Source of the DNA: Gonapodya sp. JEL0774
Lineage: Eukaryota
Direction of reading: 5' to 3'
DNA length: 64,000 nucleotides
NCBI GenBank assembly: GCA_027604505.1
Contig: JADIIX010000015.1
Span: forward strand, 124,001-188,000
In this document: positions 12,128 to 26,014 of the stretch, piece after piece
How the letters are laid out: every line of letters starts with the position of its first letter
How positions within the stretch are numbered: position 1 is the first letter of the stretch
The notes under the pieces: generated by a model
The model's input: only the letters and a program-made list of their open reading frames with translations
Told to the model about the DNA's origin: nothing
Database searches by the model: none
Made by a program: the position numbers and the translations under genes

Positions 12128-13313
12128 CTAGTCAGCCGATTCAGAAAGTCGAAGTGAAGTCGCGAAACCAGATCCCAGAATAGGCACTGTGGACCGCCCA
12201 GAATTTTCTGAAGTGGATGATGCGTGTCCCAGTGAGGTCTCGGACTCTCCACGGGGACCTGAGATTGCTAAGCGCGGGTGCAACCAGGACAAGTCTGTGC
12301 TTCCTTCTGTTCCAGCCGTTGCCGACCGACCAGGAGTGCGGGAGATTGTGCTGAAAGAAACGCCAGGAGGGGACAATGAAACGTGAGAATCCGCAGCCGA
12401 ACTGGGGACGGGGATAAGATCAAGGCAATTCGATGACATCTCATCCCTCACGGAGCTTATAGAAGCATCAGAGATTGGATGCCTTATTTGATACATCTCA
12501 GGGGCTGATGATCGTGTGAGGTCGGCGACGTTGTTTGGGGTCAAATACGTATCATCCTGGCTCGCAATATGTCGTCTAAACCACGGCAAACGAGGCTGAT
12601 GGTCATTGAATGAAGCGACTGGTTCAGGGCGTCGATGAGGTGGCTCATCAGGGACCCTGTGATGGGTGGTGGTAGGAGGTGGACGGAGGTCCACTCTTGC
12701 CCAAGTCCCTTCTGTTGCAGCGAAGTGCGTCGCGTAAGGATACAGTCCAACACCAAGACCTAGTTCATCCAAATATTGCTGCTGATGCGTATTTGTTGAG
12801 GTGGGGTGGAAAGAAGTCCCGTCAGGCACTGCCTGCCGGCGTGGTGCAGGAAGATCGGGAGGTGGTGCATCGACAACATCATCGACTCGCGCAGGAGATT
12901 GTGGATGGATGCGTCGAGTAACTCGCTGGAACTTTGTTTAAGAACGCTTGTACATTGTAAATTCTCTCAACATCACTCACTTTGTCAAGCAAGAAAGAGA
13001 ATAGCCCTCCAAGCACGATGAGTAAAAACACTATCGAGACGGTGAGAAATACTATCTCCACAGAAATTTTTTGGGCGGTTGGGTTTTGAACTTCTGAGGA
13101 AGAGGATGCAGTGGTCGGTTGAGATGCGGCGACACTACTTGGAGTTTGAGTCTGGCGTCTTTCGATTTTGACATAGACAAAATTCTGGCGCGGTTCGATT
13201 TCAGTGTTAAGGGGTGAAGGAGCGATGATGACTGGGGTTCCCAGAACGGTGATGACATAGCAGGCGAGAGCGGGAGAGGACAGCCACCACTTTTCTCGTC
13301 TGTATCGTATCAT
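12128..13313 (-). CDS. Hypothetical single-pass membrane protein, 2 exons
   Basis: N-terminal hydrophobic stretch, Ser/Thr-rich spacer and TM segment IVFLTVSIVFLLIVLGGLFSFLL. A GTGAGT intron after LDK splices in frame into the Ser/Pro-rich ORF ending at 12128. Confidence 0.55.
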
Positions 13314-13594
13314 TTTCCTCTGATTCGCTTCAAATGCACATTTGGGTCGGGAGGACAGGTTCGCCGTCAGGTGTGTTGCTCACGACATCCCATTCCTCTG
13401 ATATGGGGCGGAGAGCCCTTTTCCAAAGATTCACAGAACCATAAAACCTCTTTGAACACGATCGCGTAGGCTCTGTTTTGATGGAAAAACTCTTCTTGAC
13501 GAGAGCATACATTAGCATTACCAACCCCACATCATTTCTACTACTGCATTCCGCCTGTCGTCCTGAGCACCTTCCCGCGCTGAAGACGATGAAC

Positions 13595-16500
13595 TCAGTG
13601 TCCTCCGCCAAGACCTGAGCTATCAAAAGGCACAACAATATCTTCCTGTAAAAGGACAAGGTGTTGTGAGCTTCAAAACACAAGGATGACATCGCAATAA
13701 CTTACCCCTTCATCCAACCGAAGGAAGCTGAAAGGTTCGAAGAGGCGACCTGATCCTTCGTAGAACTCTGTCCGAATCATAACAGACCGTTTTAAACATT
13801 AGAACGTGGATTGAGATGCCCTTTTCTACTTACTGTTGTTAAATTCTGTATAAAAACATGACCACGTCAGAAAATCAATAGCGAGAATCAGTTGCGGAGT
13901 TCGGATGAAACGAGGCTTCCCGTATCCAAACAACTCACCAACCCAGTGCAGACGTAAAGCGTGTAGGAACGCCGAAAGACCTTCCATGATCAACAAGATA
14001 AAGATCGTGAGTGAAAACCAGGCGGCGAAACCCGCCCAGACAAGAACTCCTCCCAAACCCGCGCCATCTGCAGCCATTCCGAAGACTGTGGTGAGAACCA
14101 TCTTCCAAAGAACTTCAGATAGCTCTACATAATTGGATGTACAAGGCACAAATGTGTGAGATCAACCACAGCTTCTCAAAGGCTTAACTTCAACAACATA
14201 CGGGCGTGGGCCAAAGACAATGCCCAAAGGCGGAGGTACGAAGCAGTATTCGATATACAACCGAGGCAGAATTCAATGGTGTGGATGATCTGATGAATCA
14301 TGATCTCGCCAAACTCGAAGTGCTACCGCAAAAAATAGTAGTGCAGTCAATCGACCTAGAAAGATGTGGGAAGTAAACGAATCACTAACATCTTCTTCTT
14401 CCTCCTCAAGCTCATGGTGACCGGCGGCCCCATGGGTACCATTGTGTGCGTCATCTCCATTTTCACCTTCACTTGCGACGGCAGCCAGCTCTTTGGCCTG
14501 GACTTTCTTGTTGTGTTGCGCCCTTAGAATGAACGGTTTCGGCAGCAACATCAATGGTACGCAAATGAGAGCTATTGCCAGCAGGGCAACCTGGATCGTG
14601 CCCTGACCGTCATACACCCTTGTGTCTGATTTGATTGCGCCAGGTGAAAGGAACATGTAGATGAGCGTATTCAGAAGACCCGGAGGAGGCTTTCCGACTG
14701 AGTACCAATCTGTGGACCACTTGTAAATGATCATCAAGCTTTAAGACGTTCAGGTCAGACAACAATGCAATCCAAGAGAAGTTCTCCACACCTCACCAGA
14801 GATAACCAAAAATGGCCTCCATAAAAATGAATTGAGGAACGAACTCGAACACGATAGACACCCAGCGTTTGAACTGAAGGTGGTTCCAAACTTGAAGGAC
14901 AATGCCGAAGGACATGTGTATGACTCCAAGGAGCACAGCCTGCTTCATCTTGTAAGAATTTATGAAGAGCAGCTTGTTCTCGGCGTGAACCCAAGCGGGG
15001 TCAACACCTGGAGCGATAAGATACACACATGTCTTTCAATTCATGGTACCCTGAGCCGGCTGGTGAAACTTACCGAATGGATAAACCTTGGTCTGAAGGC
15101 CGATTTCCTTGTCCCCTACGTGACCGTGGAATTGCCAACCTGATCCTCCAAAGAACTCGAAGCTCAGCGAAAACACATCATTGTAAATGAGTCCAGTGTA
15201 CATCGAATAAATCCCCATAAGGAGAATAATGTATCGACCACCATAGACCATGCCGAACATCTAACACGCCTGAACGTGAGCAATCAAACATAACAGTCCA
15301 GACACTGCTTCCTCACCTCATCAGTCCTATATTTGTACAGAGACTTTTCCTTCGCGGTCAAAAAGACACCAATTAAAGTGAGCAGCAGTCCATGGCCAAA
15401 GTCCCCGAACATCATAGCGAACAGAAACGGAAATGTGACCACTGTGTATAGACCCGGGTTGACCTCACGGTAACGAGCGACACCGTATGCGTCAATGATG
15501 GATTGAAATCCTGTGGTGAACTTGTTCACCGGGTGGAAAGTTGGGGGTTCTTTCTTGGTTGAGATGACGTCCAAGATTGGGGGAACCGTGGCGCCAGTGC
15601 GTTCCTTGTACCGACAAAATTGAAGTTAAGAAACGGCAAGTGAGATATGATGTCGAAAAAACTATTCCTCACCGAAACCGTCCGAAGAGCACCTTGGACA
15701 ACGGGGAGAGACTGGGTGGGGACCCATCCCTCGGCGACCAACGCCTTCTTACCAGGGTCATAGTCAGCCTGCATGAACACAATCGAAAGTGAAAGGATGT
15801 CGACGAAATCCACGAATAACCAAGCGAAATCACCATATTCATCGCGTAATAAATCGCCTTTTCTTTCTTGACAATCATGTTCCAAGCTTCCACACTGAGC
15901 GCAACCTTTTTCAACTCAGCCTTACGCGTACTGGTCGTGTTCGCGAGCACTTGGTTCAAATCCTCGATGCGAGCGATAACTTCCATCGCATCTTCCCGGC
16001 GCTTTTCGGGGTGTTCATCGACCGGGTAGAGGGTGGCACCGAGTGACTCGGATATCTTTCGAATCTTCCCAAGAAGCTCCTTCCCATGTGCGAAAATGAT
16101 GAAAACATTTTTCTTGACCACTTCATCAGTGACGGGATCACGAATAGGCTCTTCGATTTCTGCATACTACCAATTCAATATACCAATATTGCTGATTGAA
16201 GGACACAAACACAGACTACCTCGCACTCACGTTCATGTACAGGTTGCCCCGAAGAACTCGCCACAGAACCCTCTCAAAGACAATCATTTTATTACGGGGG
16301 ATCACACCAGCCACGAAACCGAGGTTGGCACTCCCACGACCACCATCGCCTCCGAACTCACCCTCCTCAGAGGCGAGGAGAGGTGCATCCGGCTGAGCCG
16401 CACCGCCGGAGAGGTCTTCCTGACGCGACTGCGCCTAATCATGGAGGGGATTGTTAAAATTGGGTCGGAAGAACCTTCAAGAGAGATTGAAAACTCCACC

Positions 16501-17314
16501 TCATCGAAGAATGTGCCAGTCTCCCTAAGGACGTGCCTCATCTCAGTGAGCTCAAGATACCTCTTATTGAGTGTTTCTTGGCTATTATTCATCTGGAGAA
16601 CCCTACCCTCGTGCTCGTTTAACTTTGCCTCAAGGTCGTCAATGAGCTGTGGAGTCCGCATGCGCGAGTACAATGTCGACTCCGTGACGGTATTGACAAT
16701 AACACCAGCTTTCTCCAGTTGGGACTCGAGAAATCCTGTAAGCCATCGACGGACAAACCAATCAAAAGGAATTGGCAGTTGGATCCATCAGAAAGAACAC
16801 TCACGAATCTTCCGTTCCATCTCGTCCAGCCGCCTAATTTCTGACACGAACGCACGCTGAAACGCGTTCACTTCTGGGTTCAACTTATGAATCACGCCAT
16901 TCAAACAGATAGTATAAGAGTAAGAGCGACGACATCGGTAGTTCGCCGTCACTCACGTCCCGGAATTGGACAAGCCCGACCTCTCCGAGCTCCGCGTAGG
17001 TTGTCTGAGCGATTTCTGACGGCACATAGATGCGCGTCAAGCTGACGGGGATTTGTTATAGTTTAATTGGACTGTTACGGCGGCATAGAACCAAGCTGGC
17101 TCTATTTCTCCACTGTTCTATCTCTCTCTTCGACATCCACGTGAGTACTATTGTCTTCTTGTCCGTTTGATGCCGCTTAAGCTCCCCATGCAGTCCAGTA
17201 CCAACAGTTCCCGGCCCTCGAAGACTTGGAACCAAACCACACAGCCACATGTAAATGTTAAATGTAGAGAGCTGCACAAGCTCACCTCATAAGAGCCGAC
17301 CTAAATAGCGACAT
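13595..17314 (-). CDS. VPH1: V-type H+-ATPase V0 subunit a, paralogue A (short N-terminus)
   Basis: Starts [17 protein letters not shown]. Contains [87 protein letters not shown] and [14 protein letters not shown]. Last exon is [16 protein letters not shown]. Confidence 0.95.
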
Positions 17315-17683
17315 CGCTGGTAGCTGCTCGCTTCCTTAGTGTGTGCGTTGCACAAGGGGGTTCGTTGTCACAGGCGCGTGCCCGAAGTTGGCAATGTCAA
17401 ATGAGGAACAGGATTTAAATCCACCTAACAAGCCTCAAAAGAGGGTGCCAGGATGGGCTCCCGTGAGGTTGAACGCGGGATATTGAGGAAATGTAACGAC
17501 GGGGCTGGGAGCTTACCGGGGCTGAGCACATTACCCCAGCAAGTCCTTGTCTCCCTCGGTCTCCCTCGTGAACTCGCATCTTATGTACGAGCAGTTGTTG
17601 CCATGCTTTGCAAGCTATCAACTCTCTATTCTATGTTCTTTGGTCTAGTGTTTTGAGCAGAGACGAAAATCTTTGCTTTCAGC

Positions 17684-20600
17684 TCAGTGTCCGCCTCCAA
17701 CACCTGAGCTGTTAAATGCCACTACAGGATCATCCTTGTGGGTAAGACGTTCTTCTTAGATCATTGCCCTCATAAACACGAAGGTTCGTTCGTCACCTAC
17801 CCCATCGTCCATTCGTGAGAAGCTGAACGGTTCAAAGAGCCTACCCGACCCTTCGTAAAATTCTGTGGGTTTGAAGAAGTTTTAAAAATTATCTGCTCCC
17901 GAATGAAAGTCCTTCGATCCGAATAGTCTTTTACTCACTGGTATTGAATTCTTTCGGATTTGGTTTTAGTCCACATCGGACCAATCAATCAGCACCCAAG
18001 AAAAATCAACCCATGACTGTTCACTCACCGACCCAATGTAAACGCAGGGCATGAAGGAACGCTGATAGACCCTCCATGATCAACAAGATGAAAACAGTAA
18101 GCGCGAACCACACAGCAAATCCGGCCCAGACGAACACCCCGCCGAGGACGGAGCCTTTTGAAGCGAGGCTGAATACGGATGTGAGGACCATCTTCCATAG
18201 CACCTCCGATAACTCTAAACAAGTGGGTGAAGCCCGAAAAAATGACATTGTCAAAGGTTCAAATTACTCAGTGGTACCACTTTCAAACACCCACGGGCGT
18301 GCGCCAGGGACAATGCCCAAAGACGCAGGTACGAGGCGGTGTTCGATATGCAGCTCAAACAGTATTCTATGGTATGAATTACTTGATGTACCACAATTTC
18401 GCCGAAGTCAAATGGCTGAAGGATATGCAAAAAAGACAGTTAGTGAGAACAAGATGGAGTGCATACAAGACTGTGAGCCATACTAACTTCCTCCTCGTCT
18501 TCCGAATCATTTTCATATGGACTGGCTGTATCATCGCCAAGCAGGTATTGGCCATCCTCGCTCTCCCTAGTCCTGTTGGACCTTGGCCTTGAACTGTGGA
18601 CCTTCTTATTGTGCTCCGCGCGCAGGATAAGGGGCTTTGGAACGAGCATCCATGGAACACAAACGAGGGCAGTCAGTAAAAGTACCACCTGAATGGTCCC
18701 TTGGCCTTCGTACACGGTGGTGTCGGGCTTGAGGGTGCCGGGAGATAAGAACATGTATATAAGTGTGTTCAAAATGCCCGGCGGAGGCTTGCCCAGGGAG
18801 TACCAATCTGTGGACCATTTGTACAGGATCATGAGGCTGCACCAGAAGGAGCGATTCAGCATTTCAGGAAGTGCTCCCCACAAAACCGGAAAGCGCACCA
18901 CAAATATCCGAAGATAACCTCCATAAATATGAGCTGCGGAATGAATTCGAAAACGATGGATACCCATCGCTTGAACTGCAGGTGATTCCAGATCTGGAGG
19001 ACTATACCAAACGACATGTGAAGTACGCCAATGAGCACAGCTTGTTTCATCTTGTACGAGTTTATGAAGAGAAGTTTATTCTCCGCGTGGACCCAGGCGG
19101 GGTCGACACCTGAAACAAACACCGGGGGGGGGGGATGTGTTGAAGGAGTTGCCACTAAACGTAATCTCGGTGACTCCATTTCTCACCAAAAGGATAGACT
19201 CTCGTTTGGAGACCAATTTCTTTGTCGCCTGGTTGGGGTTCAAAGATCCAACCGGACCCGCCAAACCAGTCGAGGCTCAGTGAAAACACATCGTTGTAGA
19301 TGAGACCAGTGTACATTGAGAAAATTCCCATGAGCAAGATAATGTAGCGGCCACTGTACACCATACCGAACATCTTGAACGGAGATAAGGGTTACAAACG
19401 AGTGCTCTTGAGATGATGTCCAATGAAACACTTCACCTCATCGTGCCTGTACTTGTAAAGGGATGTCTCTTTGGCAGTCAAAAAGACACCAATTAAAGTG
19501 AGAAGCACACCGTGACCAACGTCACCAAACATCATGGCAAACAAAAAGGGGAACGTGATAATGGTGAAGAGTCCTGGATTGACCTCGCGATACCGAGCGA
19601 CACCATATGCGTTGATTATGGACTGGAAACCTGTGGTGAACTTGTTCACCGGGTGGTGCGTGGGCGGTTCCTTGTTGGTGGACAAGACATCCAGTACCGG
19701 TGGGACGGTGGCACCAGTGCGTCGCTGTCAGAAACGCAGTGGATAGGTTGACAGGATGTAAGTCACATTTGAGTTTAAGGTTCCCCGAGCGGACGGATAT
19801 CTCTCATTCGAGCGCGACTCACCGATACGGCGCGAAGAGCTCCTCGAATGGCAGATAGTGAGTCAGTGGGAGCCCACCCCTCTGCCACGATAGCTTTCTT
19901 GCTAGGATCGTACTCTGCCTGTTATGTGTGTGTGGAAGCGACGAATCGTTGAGGACCTAAAATTTCCAAGCCGAGACAGCAAATTACCATGTTCATCGCG
20001 TAATATATCGCTTTCTCCTTCTTGATAACCGCGCTCCATTCTTCGATGCTTTGCGCAACTATTCTGAGTTCAGCTCTGCGAGTACTCGTGGTATGGGCGA
20101 GCACGCGGGTCAAGTCTTCAATCCGCGAGACCACTTCCACTGCATCTTCCCGGCGCTTCTCAGGGTGTTCATCAATAGGGTACAGCGTGGCACCCAGTGA
20201 CTCGGAGATCTTTCGGATTTTGCCTAAGAGCTCTCTACCGTGGGCGAAGATTATGAACGAATTTTTTTCAACCAACTCTTCGGTCTCTGGGTCACGAATT
20301 TGCTCGTCTATTTCTGCGTGCTGTTATGTTAGAGAACGAATCACCCAAATTTGTGGGTTCGGTATGGGAAAACTGACAAGAGTGTGTTACAACTCACGTT
20401 CATGTAAAGGTTACCCCTGAGAACGCGCCACAAAACCCTTTCAAACACACCCATTTTATTTCGCGGTATAACACCAACAACAAAGGCCAGTCTGGTGCGA
20501 CCGCGAGCACTTTCCCCACCCTCCTCTGAAGCAAGGAGAGGTGCATCCACGCTGTCGGGATCAGTTGAAACTATTGTTTGAAGTGATTGAGACTTCGAGT

Positions 20601-21509
20601 ACGTGTTTTTTTGTGAGAATGTCGAATCAAACTGTACTCGCGCGGGTGAACTACCCACTCCGTCCAAAAAGGCACTCGATTCTCTGAGAACGTGCCTCAT
20701 CTCTGTAAGCTCGTAAAACCGCTTGCTAAAGGACGCTTGACTCTCGTTTAACTGCAATACTCGTGCTTCATGCTGATTGAGTTTCGCTTCCAAATCGTCG
20801 ATGAGCTGGGTGGTGCGCACATCCGCATAGCGACTTGAATCCACCACAGGAGCTGCGCTGATTCCGTTTTTTTCAAGTTGGGATAGGAGCAAACCTGTGC
20901 TCCACACCAACTGTGAGACGTACGCGGTCGTGTGGTCGCAAAACTCGGGTGAATCTCACGTATCTTGCGCTCCATCTCGTCCAATCTCCGTATCGCCGAA
21001 ACAAATGCTCTCTGAAATGCATTCACTTCTGTATTCAGCTGAGTTTACCCGGTGCGGAAGGCACGTGAAAACCTATCAAGGATGTCCCTATCATCGTCAC
21101 TTAAGACCTACGTCACGAAATTGCACCAGCCCGATTTCACCAATCTCCGCATAAGTAGCCTGTGCAATTTCCAGAGGGATATAGATGCGCGTCAAGCTGT
21201 GCGATGATGGATCATTACCGTGATGATAATCGTGAACTGGGCAGGTGCGATCGTCACACACCTCATCCGTGCAGACCTGAAGAGCGATGTCGACCTGATG
21301 CTCCCTTTATCCGGCGATTGAGGTGATGTCGCATGAGGCAGGTTTGTTTCGACATCGACTCCGGGTGAATCCGGTCCGGTGTAGCTGAACATGTTGGTCG
21401 AATTGGGAACGAGACGCTCGTAGGGGGTGCCGCCGGCGACTTGCACATAGAAGTGCCGGACTCGGTCCCCGAACCAAGAAAATGTAGAGGCGGACGTGAT
21501 TGCAGTCAC
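17684..21509 (-). CDS. VPH1: V-type H+-ATPase V0 subunit a, paralogue B (about 75-aa N-terminal extension)
   Basis: Same motifs and matching intron positions as paralogue A. The first exon has an extension before SLFRSARM. Last exon is [16 protein letters not shown]. Confidence 0.93.
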
Positions 21510-22739
21510 TCCTTACGGGTTGGAAGGGAAGTTTGTCGTAGCCACAGAACCCCATGACCCACAAGCGTTTTATCCGGAAACACCCAAAAGTGACCTCTCT
21601 TCAGAAGCTGTAAGCTCCTAATCCTGTTAGCGCTCTATTCCCGAGTGAACATGCAATTCGCAAGGCAACTGTAGTTTTTGAAAATATTACACATCAAGTG
21701 GAGGATGCTATTGGTAGACCATTACAAGTTTTTAATCCGTCGCAGCTGGCGGTACTCACCTTTTGGAAATCTGAGGCAAAATCTGCCATGCTCCAAAATA
21801 TTGCGAGAGGGTGCGCGTGAATCCTTGCACTGCAAAGAGGATTCATAGTCGTCGCACAACCCCCCCCTCTCACCCCAATGGAAGCATGCCGTTCGTCAGT
21901 GGGCTAGTGAGTGTAAGTGCTCTGAATGAGATAAATTGACAATGAGTTGCACTGAGTGCCAAGGCCAAGCGATCTTAAATACTCTGGTGTAGGGACTGGG
22001 CCGCCAGCTTGCCACACCGGGGAAGCAATGCCTGCTGATATGGCGGCTGGCTTGCATTCTTCATTTGGGATCCGCTCGACGGATTGCGGTGCAGGTGTTG
22101 ATTTGGCCGGTGTTCACTCGTTACGGCAAGTCTCACAGCAATGAAGTTACTGAACGAATCGTTCATTGTTTGTGAGCCTGAGCGAGCGAAGTTTCTGGAT
22201 CATCCAGATATGCAATAGTCAGCGTGGAACTCATCAGTAAGTATTTGTCTTTTGTCCGTGCGTGCTGAACACTGATGAGTTCTTTTTATGAAAGTCGCCC
22301 CTGTGGCCTCCTCCCACAGTAATAGTCACCACATCCCGCCTCCTCTTCATCCTCTTCCCATTACACTCTTCCTCTGCCAACTTTACTTCAGATCCTCTTC
22401 ACATCCCCTGTGCCGCGCTGCATTTTAATGTATCTTAATCCCTCCTCCCCTAATACTCGCAAATTCGCCCCTTCGCCGCTCTTCAACTCCCAGTAATCTC
22501 TCAATCCCACCTACCTCAGTCCACCACATTTTCTCTTCGCACTTTGGAATATTTCCCTGAGATTGCGTCCGAGCGAAAGAATATTTTTTGAGCGCAAACT
22601 TGCATTTGGAAATGAGTTCTGGGAAATGTTGATATCGTATCACCCCTGAATATTTGTGCCTGGATACATGGCCATGCTGTAAAGGGTCAAAGATAGCGCA
22701 AATCGAGTGTCATGAGGGTAGGAACTATTCTAGGAATGC

Positions 22740-25159
22740 TTAAGTCTCTGTCCCCTGTGCTTCCTCTGGCTTTTGCCTCGTCCGCGCGAAGTCACCGACC
22801 CTTTCAAACGCCATTTCGGGACTTCCCTTGAAACTCATCAAAAAGACCTGCAGCTCCGCCGCCGAAAATGTCCTTTCGGGTATACGTGATGCGAACTCAT
22901 CACCCAAACGGCGCAGTTCAGTTGGCATGAGGGAAGAAGATTGTGGCGTGAAGGGGGTCGCCGTCGTCAGTGACGCAATACTTCCCCGTTCTCCGTGCGA
23001 GCATTCTTCAACAGAATCCTCCGCGTCCGTTTGCGGCGATTCCTCGTTCTCGATTCCTGCGAGTTCATCCTTCCCCGGCGGCGTTGGCACCGCGTCACCT
23101 CCCCCGTAGAAATTTACAAAGAGTTCTCGAGCTTGCCACCTGCTCGCTTTGTCGAACAACACGCGCACGTCGATGCGGCCGGGTCGAATCAGAGCAGGGT
23201 CAAGATGATCTATGTGATTTGTTCTGTGCGGCGGTTGGTGTGAAGGCAAGTACACGGACGGAGACGGTTACTTTAGAAGAATGGTACTTACGTCATGCAA
23301 AGAAGGCGCCCTTCCTGAGCAGCAACCCCGTCTATAGCATTCTGTAAGCAAAAAATCAAAACATTTCTACGGAGCAATGACGAATCTCTCCACATGCACT
23401 TTCTTGCCTACCAGTCAACATACAAGCAGTCCAGAAAACGTCAAACCTGCACCTGTGCCTGCGGTGGCTTCTCTTCCTCTAAAAGCTGCATCCACATCCT
23501 CCAGTAAGAGAACGCATCTGGGGGGAGTCATGCTCATCAACTCCACCAGATTGTCGTCAGTGAGTCCTTTATTGGAGAGTGAGACAAGATAGATGTTGAA
23601 TCGTAGGTGGCCAGCAAGCGCAGTTATGAAGGATGTCTTTAGAAGCGGGAATGAATGGAAAATTCGGTGGACGATAAAACTCCAACGAGAAGCGAGTGAA
23701 TCAGTGGAGCTTACCTTTCCTGTGCCTGGGCTGCGTACAGTGTTGCGAGGGCGGAAGAGAGCTCGTAACGTTGAGTTTACGACAGCAACAGAAATCGGCG
23801 CGACCACGCAGCAACACGACAAGACGCTTCCACCCCATCTGCTCACCTGCCATAGAAGAGATATCCGCGACGATACGGAACTTGAGAGAAACGGGATCAT
23901 CTCACCTCCGTTTTGATGGGGTAGGCACACAACACAAATTGCGAAACTCACTACCCCTGTCACCATACCACCTCTCACTCCGCAAAAACTCTATCGCGTC
24001 TGAAACAATGTGTTTCTTGAGACCGCGATCCAATACAATCGTTGATAGAGGACGAATGGGCCGAGAGCGCTGATGTGTGTGTGAGACAACACAGTTGGAA
24101 TATCTCCCCGTAATAACAGAATCGTAGTGCAATACACACTGCCCTTCGCCAATTGCCGTATTGATCCGCTGCGAAAATGACCGTCCGTCCTTTCTCCACC
24201 TCCATCCACTTCCTTTGAGCCTCTCTCACGAGCTGCTCGATAATCGCACGGCTGCCGAATGCTGATATGGAGAGGCGATCTTGCGCAGGCACAGTCGCAG
24301 AACCAGTGGAGCCGCTGGGGAGGGGTGGCCGAGTGCGTGAAAGGTGGAGGAGGTGGGAGTGGAAGTGGAAGAGATGCGAGCCTTGTTGGAAAGGAGTGAG
24401 GGATATGTGTTGGTGGATCACAGAGTGAGTGACGCTCCAAGACGAATGCTCAACGGTATAGAACAGCTAGGCCGAGCGTAATGCATTGGTAAAAGTACAA
24501 CTTGCTGAGCTTACCTTGACTCGGAAGAAATACAATTCTAGGTACAAATTCCTTTCCGAAACCTTGTTGCCACACACTTCTCTCCGCTTCCTCATTTACT
24601 GACCTTGCCTCTCCAGGTTTCGAGATGTCCGTAACCACGGTGAATCGAGTTGTCGTGTGAGCGAGTGGGTGATCTGCCAGGTAATTGAGAATCCAGCTGA
24701 TGGTTCAGTGGAATCTTTTAGCACAGTAAGTGAGTAACATGCATGAAGCCTTCTGGGACCCCACGTGTAAGGCTCGTCTTTTGCCTCGAAGTCTGCTGTC
24801 ACGATGTAGCGCCGTTTCCAGTACTCAAAGCCATAATCTAAAAGTACTTTTATTGCAGCTACAGAACTTCCGAGAATTGCGAGGGTGATTCCTAACACAA
24901 TCTGTTGTTTAGGTCACAACGATAAGCGGGGAGATTTAGGAACGGACCTCCAGACGTAAACTGATTGCCTAAATCAATTCCTGTGCTGTTGCTCAGTGCC
25001 TGAGAGATTGGAAAATGATCATGTATGGTTCAGTTCGAAACAGAAACGAACGATGTTCACATTCACGATAGCCCCGATCCCACCAGCAGCGCTCTCTGAT
25101 GATTGATGTACTGTGGACGTCAATGCATCTGGTACAGATGGTGCAATCTGGTTGCTCAT
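22740..25159 (-). CDS. BCS1-family mitochondrial AAA ATPase, multi-exon
   Basis: N-terminal TM segment; [37 protein letters not shown] (Walker A); LLEDVDAAF (Walker B); LTFSGLLNAIDGVAAQEGR; TTNHIDHLDPALIRPGRIDV; FSAAELQ. Confidence 0.92.
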
Positions 25160-26014
25160 CTGCCCGTGAGTGTTCCTGACGCCGATTACGATCTTAGCGG
25201 CTCGCTGAAAGTTAAGCCGTAGGACCTGGCAAACTAGGAGCATGTAAGTAGAGCAGTTGAAGCCTCCACGATCCCTAGATCCGCGTGAGACACGTTTCCT
25301 GTCGGTCGATTAGAAGGTCGCAGCGGCTGGCTGAGTGCACTGGGCAAGCTTGCGAATTTTTGCAAGCTTTTAAACACGTGGTCCGTTGATACATACTACA
25401 GGGCGTTTTCCGTGCATATTTGCGAGGGTGATTGTGCGGAGATGTGTCAGGCAAAATTAAAGGCAATTGATAATCTCGGACAAAAATCACCTTGCTGGTC
25501 TCCATAAACCACGATTTTGGAGCCTATTTAGTAAAGCAAACAGTTTTCGCGAGGGATGAAGTAAAGAAACAGTATCTCCGGTGCAAAAAGGTCGTGTTTT
25601 GGAACGATTTGGATTTGTGGCACAGGAGCGTGCCCTCCTTCGTTGCAACAAGCGCGTGAAACCTGGAAACGCGATTCCCACAGGTTCGTTCTCTTGAAAC
25701 AACAATGCTTGTCGGTGGAAGCCATATGTGTGGGCTTTAGCATGAGGTTGGGTTGGGTTGGGTTGGGCTTTTAAACGGACTCACTTCGTGCTTGGTTGGT
25801 GATGTTGTGGAGCTGATCGGAAGCCGACTTACTCGGAAAGGAAGTGAGCGAGGTAGATAGTTATGCGTGCCTGCAGCTATGGGACATACAAGTGCTTTGG
25901 CGGGGTTTCTTGTTCGATCTGATGCCCGCGGAGCGCTCATTCCAATCGACAGAAGGTTTTCAAGTACTCACTGGCTGTTTATATCACCCCTCAAAGTTAC
26001 TGTCGATTCCAAAG

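Noticed and set aside
13330..13692. ORF resembling a secreted protein ([16 protein letters not shown]), with a similar stretch at about 17650-17735
   Set aside because: Both are alternative-frame readings of the last exon of the V-ATPase a paralogues (…SSGLGGGH* and …SSGVGGGH*).
21990..22220. In-frame TGC-TGA and TGT-TGA codons as possible selenocysteine codons (some early-diverging fungi use Sec)
   Set aside because: No recognisable selenoprotein family, no clear start codon and no convincing SECIS element.
22250..22300. Hammerhead-like core CTGATGA...GAAA
   Set aside because: No stem II can form between CTGATGA and GAAA (GTTCTTTTTAT), and stems I and III are weak.
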